A stretch of 64,000 bases of DNA from Owenia fusiformis (Eukaryota), in contig CAIIXF020000001.1 of assembly GCA_903813345.2 (NCBI GenBank), forward strand, positions 32,426,001 to 32,490,000, in the 5' to 3' direction. The notes below the pieces were generated by a model that saw nothing but the letters and a program-made list of their open reading frames with translations, did no database searches and was not told the DNA's origin. The translations under genes and the position numbers were made by a program. Shown one piece after another: positions 9,854 through 20,854 of this stretch; within the stretch, counting starts at the first letter, position 1; each line of letters opens with the position of its first letter.

Positions 9854-12746
9854 GGGTAAGGAGATGGCTGAAAATACAAGACTAGTGTATGACGTTATGG
9901 ATTATCTCAATAGAAAAGAGCAAAAGGGTCTTTTACTTTTAGCAGATAGCTTTTGGAGATAGCTTCTTGAAATGGTTTAAGATTTTATACAATGGAAGCG
10001 AAAGTTGCGTAATAAACAACGGTTTCTTTTCAAGTTTTTTCAAATTAAAGAGAGGCTGCAGGCAGGGAGATTCGCTCTCTTGCTACGCATTCATCTTAGC
10101 TCTAGAGCCTTTATGTTCAAAAATTAAAAAGGATGTAGAAGTTAAAGGGGTCAAAATATTCGATTAAGAGATAAAGGTTGGTATGTACGCAGATGACACG
10201 TTTATCTTCCTAGATGGAACTCCCTCTTCCTTGAGACAATGTATGTACATTTTTGACAAGTTTCATGAAACATCAGGGTTAAAACTGAATAAAGAAAAAA
10301 CATCAGCAATATGGTTAGGAATTAAACACAACTCAGAAAAAATGTGTGAAGACATTCCACTCACATGGGAATCTAAGTTTAGGTTACTCGGGTTAAATTT
10401 AACATCAGATCTTCAAAATCTTGAATCCATTAATTTTGAAAACAAAATTCAGGAAATGCAAACTGTAATAAGTAGATATAAAAAAAAGAAACTTGTCAAT
10501 ACTAGGAAAAATAACGGTTCTTAAATCGTTTGTTTTGCCTAAAGTAGTACATTTATTTCTAGTGTTGCCCAAATTGTCATGTGTAAATCATAAAAGAATA
10601 AAACAACTGTTTACTTCATTTATATGGAATTCTACAGTAGCAAAAGTAAGCTTCTCACAATTAGTTCAAAATGTTGAAGATGGAGGTTTGAGAATGATTG
10701 AACCAACGCTGTTCGAACAATCCCTCAAACTTACATGGATGCAAAAACTTCTTAGAGGTGACAGGTCATCTCAACCCCAAGTCATCTCAACCCAGTCCAA
10801 CTCAACCCCAAGTCAACTCAACCCCAAGTCAAGTCAACCCCAGTAAAACTCAACCCCAAGTCAACTCAACCCTGTAAAACTCAACCCCAGTAAAACTCAA
10901 CCCTATTCATTTGTGCAATGTTTAATTTAATTTCTTATGAAGAATAATTTAAGTCATTAATATCTGAAAATCTAGCATTTTGCATGATACTTTGAATAGA
11001 AAGTTGTAAAAGTATTTAAAAAAAACGGTTAAGCTCAAGGATAATTCATCAAGTTGTCACTATTATTGAATTTAAGATTTTGAAATCAAATTTTAGATAA
11101 TTTAGACATAGACGTAGACGTAGCAAGGAGGAGTTCGCACACACCCTCCCCCCAATTTTGAAGGAAGTTGCATCATTTTTTGTCAAAACATATCTTTTTT
11201 CGGCTCGCTTATGCCACGATCGGCACACCCTGACTGAAAACCTAATTTTTTGGGCGATCGCATCCCTCCTGAGTGAAAGCTGGCTATGCCCCTGGAAAGC
11301 AATGGTCATGTTCCAGTTTTCCAAATAATCAAGAGTGTCAACCTCATAGGGATTACAACAAAACAAACGTATTAGCAAGATTAATAAAATGACCCATATT
11401 CATCCAAAAAGGCAGTGGTCTAAGAATGAAAATCACAAACTGAATCATTCGAATTATTTTTATGAAATAAACTTTCTTATAAGTTTATCAATATATAGAA
11501 ATATAGGGGTTGAGTTTTGCTGGGGTTGAGTTTTACAGGGTTGAGTTGACTTGGGGTTGAGTTTTAATGGGGTTGAAAAATTTCGAATAATTTCTGGAGA
11601 GATTTTGTTCATGTTCTGAGAATTTACACACAACAAAAAGAAAAAGAAGCTGAACATAATACTAAACTGAGAGCTGAACAAGCTATGTGTAATACATGGG
11701 GGAAACATACCAAAAATCAAAATGTTCAATATATACTACAAAATACAAAGGTTAACAATGAAGTAATTGTACTACAAGATGTATTTCAAAATTCAAAAAG
11801 ACTTCTAACCCTATTAGAAATCAATGACAAATTCCACAGTAATATTAATTTTTTAGACTATTTGAGTCTAAAAAATACTATTCCAAAGTCTTGGCTAAGA
11901 GACGTCATGGAGAATAATCAAAATATCACTGATTATGAAAGAAACAAAGCACGTGTAAAAAAGTTTATGACTCAGTCAAAGATTAGTAAAATAATATACT
12001 GGGAATTTGTTCAGAACCTAGAAAAGAATTCAAAATATATAGAAGGATGGAATAAAGATCTGAATTTGTCACTCTATCAAAATGATTGGAAGAAGATAAA
12101 TAAACTTAACAAACTGAGTAACTATGAACCTAAGTTAGCATCATTCACTTACAAAGTCCTTCATAGATTTTTAGCAACTAATACATACCTAAAGATGTGT
12201 GGACTCATAGAGTCAAACATTTGCACTTTCTGTAAAGCAAATCCTGAAACGATTTGCCATCTTCTGTATGAATGTACTTTTGTAAGTGCTTTATTAAATG
12301 ACATTAAACAATGGCTCCCTTTAGAGCTCACATTCTTATGTACTAAACAAAATGTATTGATAGGACCTGAGAGTATAAATGAAAAAACAATCATCCTAAA
12401 TAATATGCTATGTATTTTTAAAAGGTATGTTTATTTGTGTAAACATTCTATGCTAAAACCAACACTTAAAGGTTATATAAGTAATGTGAAGGAATATTGT
12501 ATTATGGATAAACGGGTTGGCAGAGGCGATAAGTGGAAAATCATGGAAGCAAAATTAAACAAATGATACTGATGATTTTTCCTTAAAATAAAAAAGATTG
12601 CCAATGTAATAACATTTCTTAAGAATAATAATAGAAGGCTAACCAATGCTGTATTGTAAAATTGTAAAATGTATGTTTACCATGTAACTGTATTGTAATT
12701 GTTTTTTGCAATTGCTTTAACATGCTTATTCTTTGAAATAAAAAAA
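9854..12746 (+). mobile_element. 5'-truncated, disrupted L1/Tx1-clade LINE (ORF2 RT plus C-terminal zinc finger)
   Basis: RGCRQGDSLS, YADD, SGLKLNKEKT, LSILGKIT, GGL, NNFWRD and CTFC..ETICHLLYEC motifs. Stop at 10165, frameshift at ~10490. A-rich tail. 13-bp TSD ataattatataac at 9841-9853 and 12747-12759. Confidence 0.92.
10757..11577. mobile_element. Non-autonomous DNA transposon with TIRs made of 15-bp tandem subrepeats (Mutator/foldback-like), inserted in the LINE; right terminus deleted
   Basis: (caactcaaccccaagt)n at 10757-10905 and the inverted array at 11505-11577. The LINE frame resumes immediately after it (KISNNFWRD). Confidence 0.75.
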
Positions 12747-12805
12747 ATAATTATATAACTAAATAGTGGTTCAATTTTCATATCACCCTTATGTATCTAA
12801 TAGTT

Positions 12806-12887
12806 ATGCAAATTAAAACATGTCCAGTAAAAGAAAATATTTTCTATGTACGTCTCCCCTTAAACTGTGACACTATAACCAATGATG
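12806..12887 (+). CDS. Candidate first coding exon for thioesterase copy 2 (MQIKTCPVKENIFYVRLPLNCDTITND-G)
   Basis: ATG at 12806, open to a phase-1 donor G|gtatgg at 12887/12888 that joins the 13159 exon in frame through a 271-bp intron. Lacks the canonical D-x-x-G, so tentative. Confidence 0.45.
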
Positions 12888-13158
12888 GTATGGTTTAGGT
12901 CTATCAGTCTATATTTGTAATTAAGAATTGCATTTTTGACATTCAAGTACTAATGGTTATGAATAATAATTTTGTATATGTAATTTATTTTTGATAAAAC
13001 AATTTTGGTGTAACATATCCGCAATTTTATCTTTACTTTTTTGTGACACCCCAACTCCATATGACGAGACTAATATCACATTAGTCATTTTAAATTATTC
13101 ACTATTGGTATAGTTTGTTAGAGTACCATATTCTATGAACTTTTGCTTCCCTTTTCAG

Positions 13159-13892
13159 GCTATATAACACTTTGGAAAATCTGTCGATTGCTTGAAAACA
13201 GGAGAACCCTCCTTGGACTTAAAGAATTCGTTCATCTAGACAAATATGGCGACGTGAATGTTATCTTGTCATTGCAAATATCAATCAGGAAGGAGTTTTA
13301 CGACAATGGATGTATCGACTTTCCTTTGGATTTGAGCTGTGAACTTTACAGAACTGGAAATTCATCCTTTTCGTTTGTAGATCGTTTGCGAGATCACGTG
13401 TCGAATGAGCCTTATATAGAAACAGTTGTGAATTTAGTGCATATAGATGCAACCACAAGGCGTCCAAAACCAATGCCAGAAGAATTTCGTAAAAAACAAC
13501 AATTCTATGAAGGTGGAAATGTAGTTGTACCGGAATTAAAGCCCAACAAAAAGCCAGAAATGTTTTTCTCCTCTGCAATCAAAGTAGTGCACAGTGACTT
13601 GGATCTTCTTTATCATGCCAATCAAGCTAGCTATGTTAAGTTCTCCATGAATACCGCTGGGGCCGCTACTTCTGATGGTTTCTACCAAAACTTCAAAAAT
13701 GACATTCTCCTTTATAAGTGTAAGGAATTGACCGTGCTGTTTAAAGGGGAGAATGTTGTCGGAGATTCGCTTACTGTCAATACGTGGGAAGATGAACATA
13801 ACACTCACATGTTACATTTTGAAATCATGAATGATGAAAAGCCTGTGTTCTTCATGACTGCATCGTTTTACGATCTAAAGACTTTTGACTGA
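13159..13892 (+). CDS. Double hot-dog thioesterase-like protein, terminal coding exon, copy 2
   Basis: Acceptor ttcccttttcAG at 13157-13158, phase 1 (G|GC). Motifs RTGNSS, VHIDATTRRPKPMP, HSDLDLLYHANQASY, FKGEN..GD. Confidence 0.87.
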
Positions 13893-14118
13893 CCCTCTAA
13901 CATTACACCTGCTAGATCCGAGACGTGACAATTGCTAAAACCAAAGATGTTATGTTTTTGTGCAATATAGTGCAATTATATTTAATAAGACACTATAATT
14001 CAAAATGAACCAGTAATGTACGTCGTCCCTATGTTTGTTGTGATGAATTTCCCTATTAACACATATTGAATTGTGGTATTTCCAAATTGAATTAAAACGT
14101 TGGTGCATATGCTTCCAG

Positions 14119-14888
14119 GTGGTCTAAATATTCATACTATTGGGAAAATATTCTCCATGTCCAGGGCAATCACAGTTTTCAACAATGATTTTGGATCTTA
14201 TATCAGTCTCTTCGAAGATGGTTTTCGGCCATTTGCACGTGCTATCAAATACACCGTTGGAGAGGAACTCTATCGAAAGACATTTGACAGTCCAGTTGCA
14301 GCATGTGTGAACGTCCATAAACCAGCAACGCAGATAATAGATCAGGAACTAGTTCACGTAGGTACGTCATCATTCTCAGTTCGTTGCAACTGGAAAGGCA
14401 CACCGGGGACAGTCAACGATGAGACACCCAATGTTGCATCGTGCGATATTATGTACGCAGTTGTGGATTCAAAATCAGGAAAATTAGCCCCGTTACCTGC
14501 CTGGTATATAAACAGATATAAAGAGTTGACGAAAATGCCAAGAGGTGACTTTTCTCTGAAAATGCATAAACCAATGGATTGCTTTAAACACAACAGCAGA
14601 GTTGTTCCTAGTGATTTGGACATCAACAACCATGTGAATCAAAACAGATACTCCAGTTTCTGCCTTGACGCAGCTTGTGTGGCAAGCTCGAGAGGAATCT
14701 ATCAAGGTTTTGACAAGGAATTCCTTAAACACCAAGTTAAAAGATGCCTTTTGCTTTTCACTGGAGGAAGTAGATTGGACGACGTACTTACAGTTAATAC
14801 ATGGCAAAATGAAGCTGATAAAAAGCTCATTCAGTTTGAAATTGAGAATGGTGAAAGAATTGTGTTGAATTGCTCGATGTGGTTTTAA
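14119..14888 (+). CDS. Double hot-dog thioesterase-like protein, terminal coding exon, copy 3
   Basis: Acceptor gcttccAG at 14117-14118, phase 1 (G|GT). Motifs HVGTSS, VVDSKSGKLAPLP, PSDLDINNHVNQNRY. Intact ORF only 226 bp after the copy 2 stop. Confidence 0.85.
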
Positions 14889-15159
14889 TATATATACCAC
14901 AAAGGATCCGTTACCTAATGTACCTGAAGGTGCCCTCAAAGGTTTCATTAAAAATAATTTGAAAATAGTTACTTTTATCAATTATGAACACATCAAAACT
15001 GAAATTAGGTCATTTGGATTAAAACTAAGGTCATTCGGTGCATTTAAGTTTGACTACGCAAATCATTCTAAATATCATTTTAGGGGTATGTTAGTCTTCA
15101 TTCATGATCATTTTAACTATGTTGACCATTCCTCAATCGATATATCAGAACATCGTTAA

Positions 15160-15575
15160 GGTAGGACACAAAGAGCAACATATTGAAAACACATATCATA
15201 AAAAAACGAAAACTTAATATATCTTTTAAAAAATGAACCTTAATAAATGTGTTATCAACAATAGTACCATGATCACCTCAGTTGGTTAACAGTAGGCATT
15301 CAACCTAGAGGGTATATTAATATATCATAAAGGTGGGACACAAAGGGCAACATACTGAAAACACAAATCATAAAATAACCCCCAAGAATAATCTATCATT
15401 TGATAAAACGAACCTTGTTAAATGTGTTCTGAACAATAGAACCATGATCACCCTTATTGTATATACTGTAGCTTTAACCTAGGTATTCAACCTAGATACT
15501 TGTCAAAACTAGATGTCAAAACATCATTAAAGATAAGGTAGAATACAAAGAGCAACAGTTGAAAATACAAAACCT
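15160..15575. repeat. Degenerate tandem repeat, ~170-200-bp unit
   Basis: ggt(a/g)ggacacaaag(a/g)gcaaca..tgaaaa at ~15160, ~15332 and ~15537; aatag(t/a)accatgatcacc occurs twice. Confidence 0.7.
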
Positions 15576-16849
15576 AAATTCAAGCTGAATCTAGTTGCGA
15601 CTTTCCATTGCATTATATTTTCATTGTCAAAGAAATTGAAACAATGATAGATGACATAATAGTCTTAGTTTATTTCACATGAACACTTAACAAGCAATAT
15701 TCATTTGAACTAATGACTTGACGAAACATACTTTTTCGATTATCAGGCTCATTGTTATCACATGTTCTAATAGTATACCCCATGAACAGATTTCTGAAAA
15801 ACATTATTTTAAGTTACCTGTGATTTAATTGCTTTATTGCAAATGACACGTTTTCTTTGATCTTGTTATCATTGAAAATTGAATACAAATCTGTTTAGAG
15901 GTTTGAACATGGTGCTCAGAATTACCTATGGGATTCCGGGTTGGATGTCTCTGTGGCGTGATACATTGACACAATAGTTATTGTAAATGACAGAGTTTGT
16001 TGGAAGGTTCAGTCAAGAATATCTTTCCAAATAAGATTTTCTATTTTTGTAGAAGGTTCTATGTTGCACCTACCTTAAGCAATACATTCAAGGCAGAATG
16101 GATTCTTGACTATAATGGCAATTTCAATATGGCCTCCCTTTTGAAACTAAAATTTTTGCTATACTTTCATATTGTGTATCTTCCACACTTAGGACCCTCT
16201 CTTATTTCATGTTTGAATTATAAAATACTGTCAATACTAAACAATAAAGGTAAATTCAGAGGGGGTCTGGTTTGTGGAAGTACCTCAATCACTCAATGAA
16301 TGGAGAAGGTCATTTACTGTTTACAACAAAAACACAATAGGGTGTCTTTCAATACAATAGGATTACTAACTATTTATGCATGAATGGTACATGAAATGAA
16401 GCTTAGTAGATTAGGACACATTGTAGTTCTTATATTGAAAAGTGAAATTAAGTCTATCTACAAAACTCAAGATTTTAATCAAGTTTCTGTGAAAATATGT
16501 CAAAATTACTCATTTGAAGAGTCAACATGACATGTGTTAAGAATCACTGTAAAAAACACCCTTTTACCATTTTTTCCACACTATTTTTGTAATTTGTTGA
16601 AAATATACTTAATAAAGATTCAAATTGCATAAAAATAATTCTGGAATTCCATTTTACCCTTTTCAATAATTTTCTAAGTTCTTATAGGTACACTAATGGG
16701 TACGGATCCTTTACGTACTATACATAAGATTCCTTACTTTACTATTTTTCCAAAGGTAGAATATATTGATCAAAGACTATTAAAAGATAAATGATAAGAT
16801 TTGAACTGCTATTAATTGACAATTATAAAAAGTGATTCCTATATTGATA

Positions 16850-17590
16850 TATAGTTAGTTAGTTAGTAAAATATTTATTAAGGTCTCACACTGTTCAAGA
16901 ACAATACTAAAATATATCCCAAAATTAACAGCCCCGCCGGATTCGGCGTATGAGAGACTCAAGAAAGCTATAGTAAAAACATATAAATATACTCAGATGT
17001 AAAAATAAATATTCAAATATCATATTCTCTTCTGCTGCACATTATTTTATGTATAGTTTTTGCCAATGATCTTTGGAGAACAGAGCTGTTCATAATCGAG
17101 CAGTATTTGGCCAGACAAGCTAGAATTAAAATCAAAGATTTCATTTTTACAAAGTTCAATAAAAAGTTCAATAAAATCCCTTCGTGGCCCTTCGTGCATC
17201 CGTATGGAGTTCACAGTCAATGAGGATATGCATCTTCTTCTCGATCCCTTGCTGACACATACACAATCGTTCATGAAGAGGAATACCTTGAAACCTGCCT
17301 GTTTATACTTGCTGAGCGTAATCTCGATATATTGCTGCGCTCGTGCATATTTTTTACATTTTTACTTGGTGTTTCTTTGAATTGTTTCAATTCTGTTCTT
17401 ATGTTTCTAATTTCATCTTGTCCAGTTGGCTGTTCGGCTCCATGAGACCGCAGTATATTCTGGGTGGCTTCCCATAAACCACGTTTACCAATAGAGTCGG
17501 ATGAATTTTCTTCATCACTCTGAAATTTTCCATATTCTGCAGCCGACACCGTGTACGTGTTATTTCGATTTAGCGTTGCTGACATGGGAA
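16850..17590 (-). mobile_element. Decayed 3' fragment of a CR1/L2-type LINE (tentative)
   Basis: (AACT)n tail on the minus strand at ~16852-16866 next to AATAAA. Short GC stem-loop at ~16933-16950. Broken ORFs with SRLRSAS..SRY resembling an L2/CR1 ORF2 C-terminus. Confidence 0.35.
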
Positions 17591-18129
17591 CACAGGTTAT
17601 GTCACCTTCCGTGGCTACATTAGGGATATAAATAATTCCTAGAGCCCTTGGTTATGATGTAAAATAGGCTTCATTTCAAAATACCTTTCAATGAACCAGT
17701 CATATATTTGGGATTTTCAATCCCTATATCAACACTCTATGAAACTATTTAACGTCCAGGTAAATATTATTGTGTCTTAAAATCAACACAAAAGTCTCGT
17801 TATCGGACATTAAGTATTCATATCTAATATCATCTCCAAGTAAATCAAGTGGTACCAATATGTTCTCGCTAACTGAATATGCCTATGTAATTTTTATTTG
17901 TTTATCATGATAGCTTTTGAACCAAACTTTCCCTGGGCATTTCAGTCTTTATCTTAGATATACCTCTCTAGACTGTTCCGTTTATAGTATGTTTTTAGAG
18001 AGGCTACGACGGTCGTAAGTTGCGATTGTACTAAGAACGACCACCAACCTCTCTAAAATACAAATTATAAACCTGGTGTAAATGTTGCGTCTCAATAGTT
18101 CCGAAATCATTTGTACACTGACAGATCAC

Positions 18130-18400
18130 TACTGGTGATCCACTCGATTACGCTGGTAACTGAAACGAACTGTGTCGGTTACAAAATGTCGGAACCTCGA
18201 AGGTACGATTTTTCTTTTTTCCTCATTTCACGCGTTGTAGACTGAATTCCAACAACATTTTTATTACAAATTATATCAGTTTCATATGTCTAAAAAATGC
18301 ACATGTTTGCGAACAAATAGTTCAGAAGACTTAATTCTCGATTTAATACCTCACTTTACTGGAACGAAACTTCAAAAATGGTTAAGACCTGCGCTTCTAA
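18130..18400. mobile_element. Half copy of the CACTGGTGATCC palindromic MITE family
   Basis: Closely similar to 35624-35910. Confidence 0.7.
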
Positions 18401-18565
18401 CCCATTCCGATTAGGTGACAATAGTGGGCATTAGTACACTGTAGTGAAATAAAATGTATACGTGTAAACAAGTCAACTGCAGCTGTCTCTCAACACTTGT
18501 ACAATGACAGTAACATTATACTTATATATATTTATCTGAATATATTTTAATATATATATTTCCAG

Positions 18566-19275
18566 GTAACTTGAGTGTTTGGAAGATAGCTCGTTTGGTG
18601 GAGATTTCTAGAGCATTCAAAGCTGATTTTGCAAGCATTGGAACTGATTTAACAAAAACATTTATGGTGATAGGGAAACAGATGGCGATTAATCCAAAGT
18701 TCTACGTAAACGCTAATATAGGATTGAGTCTGACGTACGTAAAGGCATTGAATTATATTGGAGATGGCTCAATTGGTTGTAAAGTAGAAATAAAAGATAC
18801 AAAAACAGATGAATTGTATGTTGAATGTCAAGACTATTTTGCTTACGTTGACATAAGTGCCAGAAAAGCTGCCAAACTTCCAACACAGTACAAAGACAAA
18901 ATGAAAATATGGTCAACTATAACACCTACATATTTCCTGACTCCTAAACGAGGAGAGCATTGTTTCACGCACAAACTGAACGTTACTCACAGCGATATGG
19001 ATGTCCTGTACCATACCAATCAGGCAGCGTACGTCAAGTACAGTATGGACTGCGCTGAAATGGCGAGAAAGGAAAACTTTTATTCTCTTTTTAAAGACGA
19101 TATGGGAGAATACCATGCAGTATCTTGGGATGCTTCCTATAAAGGAGAGAGTGAAGTTGGCGATCAGCTTGAGGTTGTAACGTGGGAAGATACCACAGAC
19201 GCAAACATTCTACATTTTGAGATTGATAAAAATGGCAAAGCTATTTACTTCAGTACGATAAAATTTAATGAATAA
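18566..19275 (+). CDS. Double hot-dog thioesterase-like protein, terminal coding exon, copy 4
   Basis: Acceptor atttccAG at 18564-18565, phase 1 (G|GT). Motifs YIGDGS, YVDISARKAAKLP, HSDMDVLYHTNQAAY, YKGES..GD. AATAAA at ~19279. Confidence 0.87.
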
Positions 19276-20854
19276 CGTAATAAAATAAGTAGACATGTGC
19301 TATGGAATTCCAACTCCCTTTGACCAAGGAAACTAGATATAATGGCTAAAATAGTATCCTAATTTGCAGGCAGCAATGTTTGTAAAAGATTCACGTTTAC
19401 TTTGTAACTGTAAGAATAACGTCGATATGACAACAATTATAATGTGGAATGATTTAGTGGATTCTAGTACGTCGTAGCATCGTACTCATACATTAGCTCC
19501 TCAGATAAAATTCTGGTCGTTTTTTGTCCAGTGAATGAGGAACGTTTTTTTTTCCCTTTTTCGGATCAAGATGGCGTTTTCCCAAGTTAGTCCCCTGGTA
19601 AAGGAAAGCGAGCACCCCCCCACTATATTTTCTGACGTCCATTCGCGACCACGTAAATAATCATATGAAAATTGCAGAAAGTGCCATTTTCATCATTAGG
19701 ATTAATTTACATTAATTACATTAATTTACCATTTACATCGAGTGAATATAAGCTAAGTGGGTAAATAGTTCAAATAGGAAGGTAAAAATCTTTCTTTCTT
19801 GAACAGATTCATCGCACTGCCATCTTTCAATAAACATTATTTCTATCACTAGTTTTCAATACATATGTATGATCATAAGGAACGAGGAGTCGATCACCGA
19901 TCTCAGTAAGGTGGTGCCATCTCGTGTGTCATTTTAGGATTATCATTAAATATAGATGGTAATATTGTTTTTGGAAACAAATATATATACAGGGTGTGCC
20001 AAAAAATTTTGCAACTTTTTTAAAAGGCTGAAAAGTATCATAACATTGAGGTATTGACATAAACATTGATTTACAGAAACTTTAAGATAGGCATATTTTA
20101 CCATTCAAATATTAAAGCTAGAACTGACTTCTAATTTTTTCAACAGATCTTTGAATATCAGTCGTAAATTGTTCAGTGTCTAAGATTTACCATTTTTCCT
20201 AGAAAACGTGACTTTCTATGATTTTATGTGATCAACAATAACACATTCATTATGTTCACTAAATCTGCTACAATCTTTGAAAATTGTTTAACCAATGGCT
20301 AGTACAGTTTTATATTAGTATCTACTCACTATGGTAGTATGTTACCCTTTATCTATTAATTATCTATTTAAAAATGCATCCATGCATCCGCCTTTCACCT
20401 TCACTATCACACAGATACGAGGGCGGAACTGCAATGGCAACATCCAGCGATTTTGTGGTAGTTCTTTCCAATTCTCCTACAGAACTTCTTTTAGTTGATC
20501 AATAGGTTCTGTGGGGATTACCAATAACTGCAATAAACTGCTCCAGGTGCCCCCATGTGAGATAGTCACAGGGGTTAGCATCTGGTGTATTGGGCAGCAA
20601 TTCATCAGGACTGATAAATCTAGAAGTATCCTCCTCCAGTCCAAAGTGACCCTTGCCCGATGGCTGGGAGCGACAGTGAAGGTAAAAGGTGGATGTAAGA
20701 ACATGTGATTAATAAATAATAATAATAGATCAGTATAACATAATACCATAGTAAGTAGATACTGATATGAAACTGTACTAGATATTGAATAAACAGATAT
20801 CAGAGATTGTCACATAAAATCATTAAAATTCACATTTTCTTCGAAAAGCAGTAA

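Noticed and set aside
13143..14888. SL trans-spliced operon of stand-alone single-exon genes
   Set aside because: Copy 2 has no early Met, and the conserved phase-1 split implies a cis-spliced coding exon upstream.
6443..19275. Bacterial contamination or an intronless horizontally acquired operon of thioesterases
   Set aside because: All four have spliceosomal acceptors at the same codon and phase, lack the N-terminal strand, and sit among animal transposons.
20477..20749. Host gene ORFs
   Set aside because: Frameshifted Tc1 transposase relic and its antisense frame.
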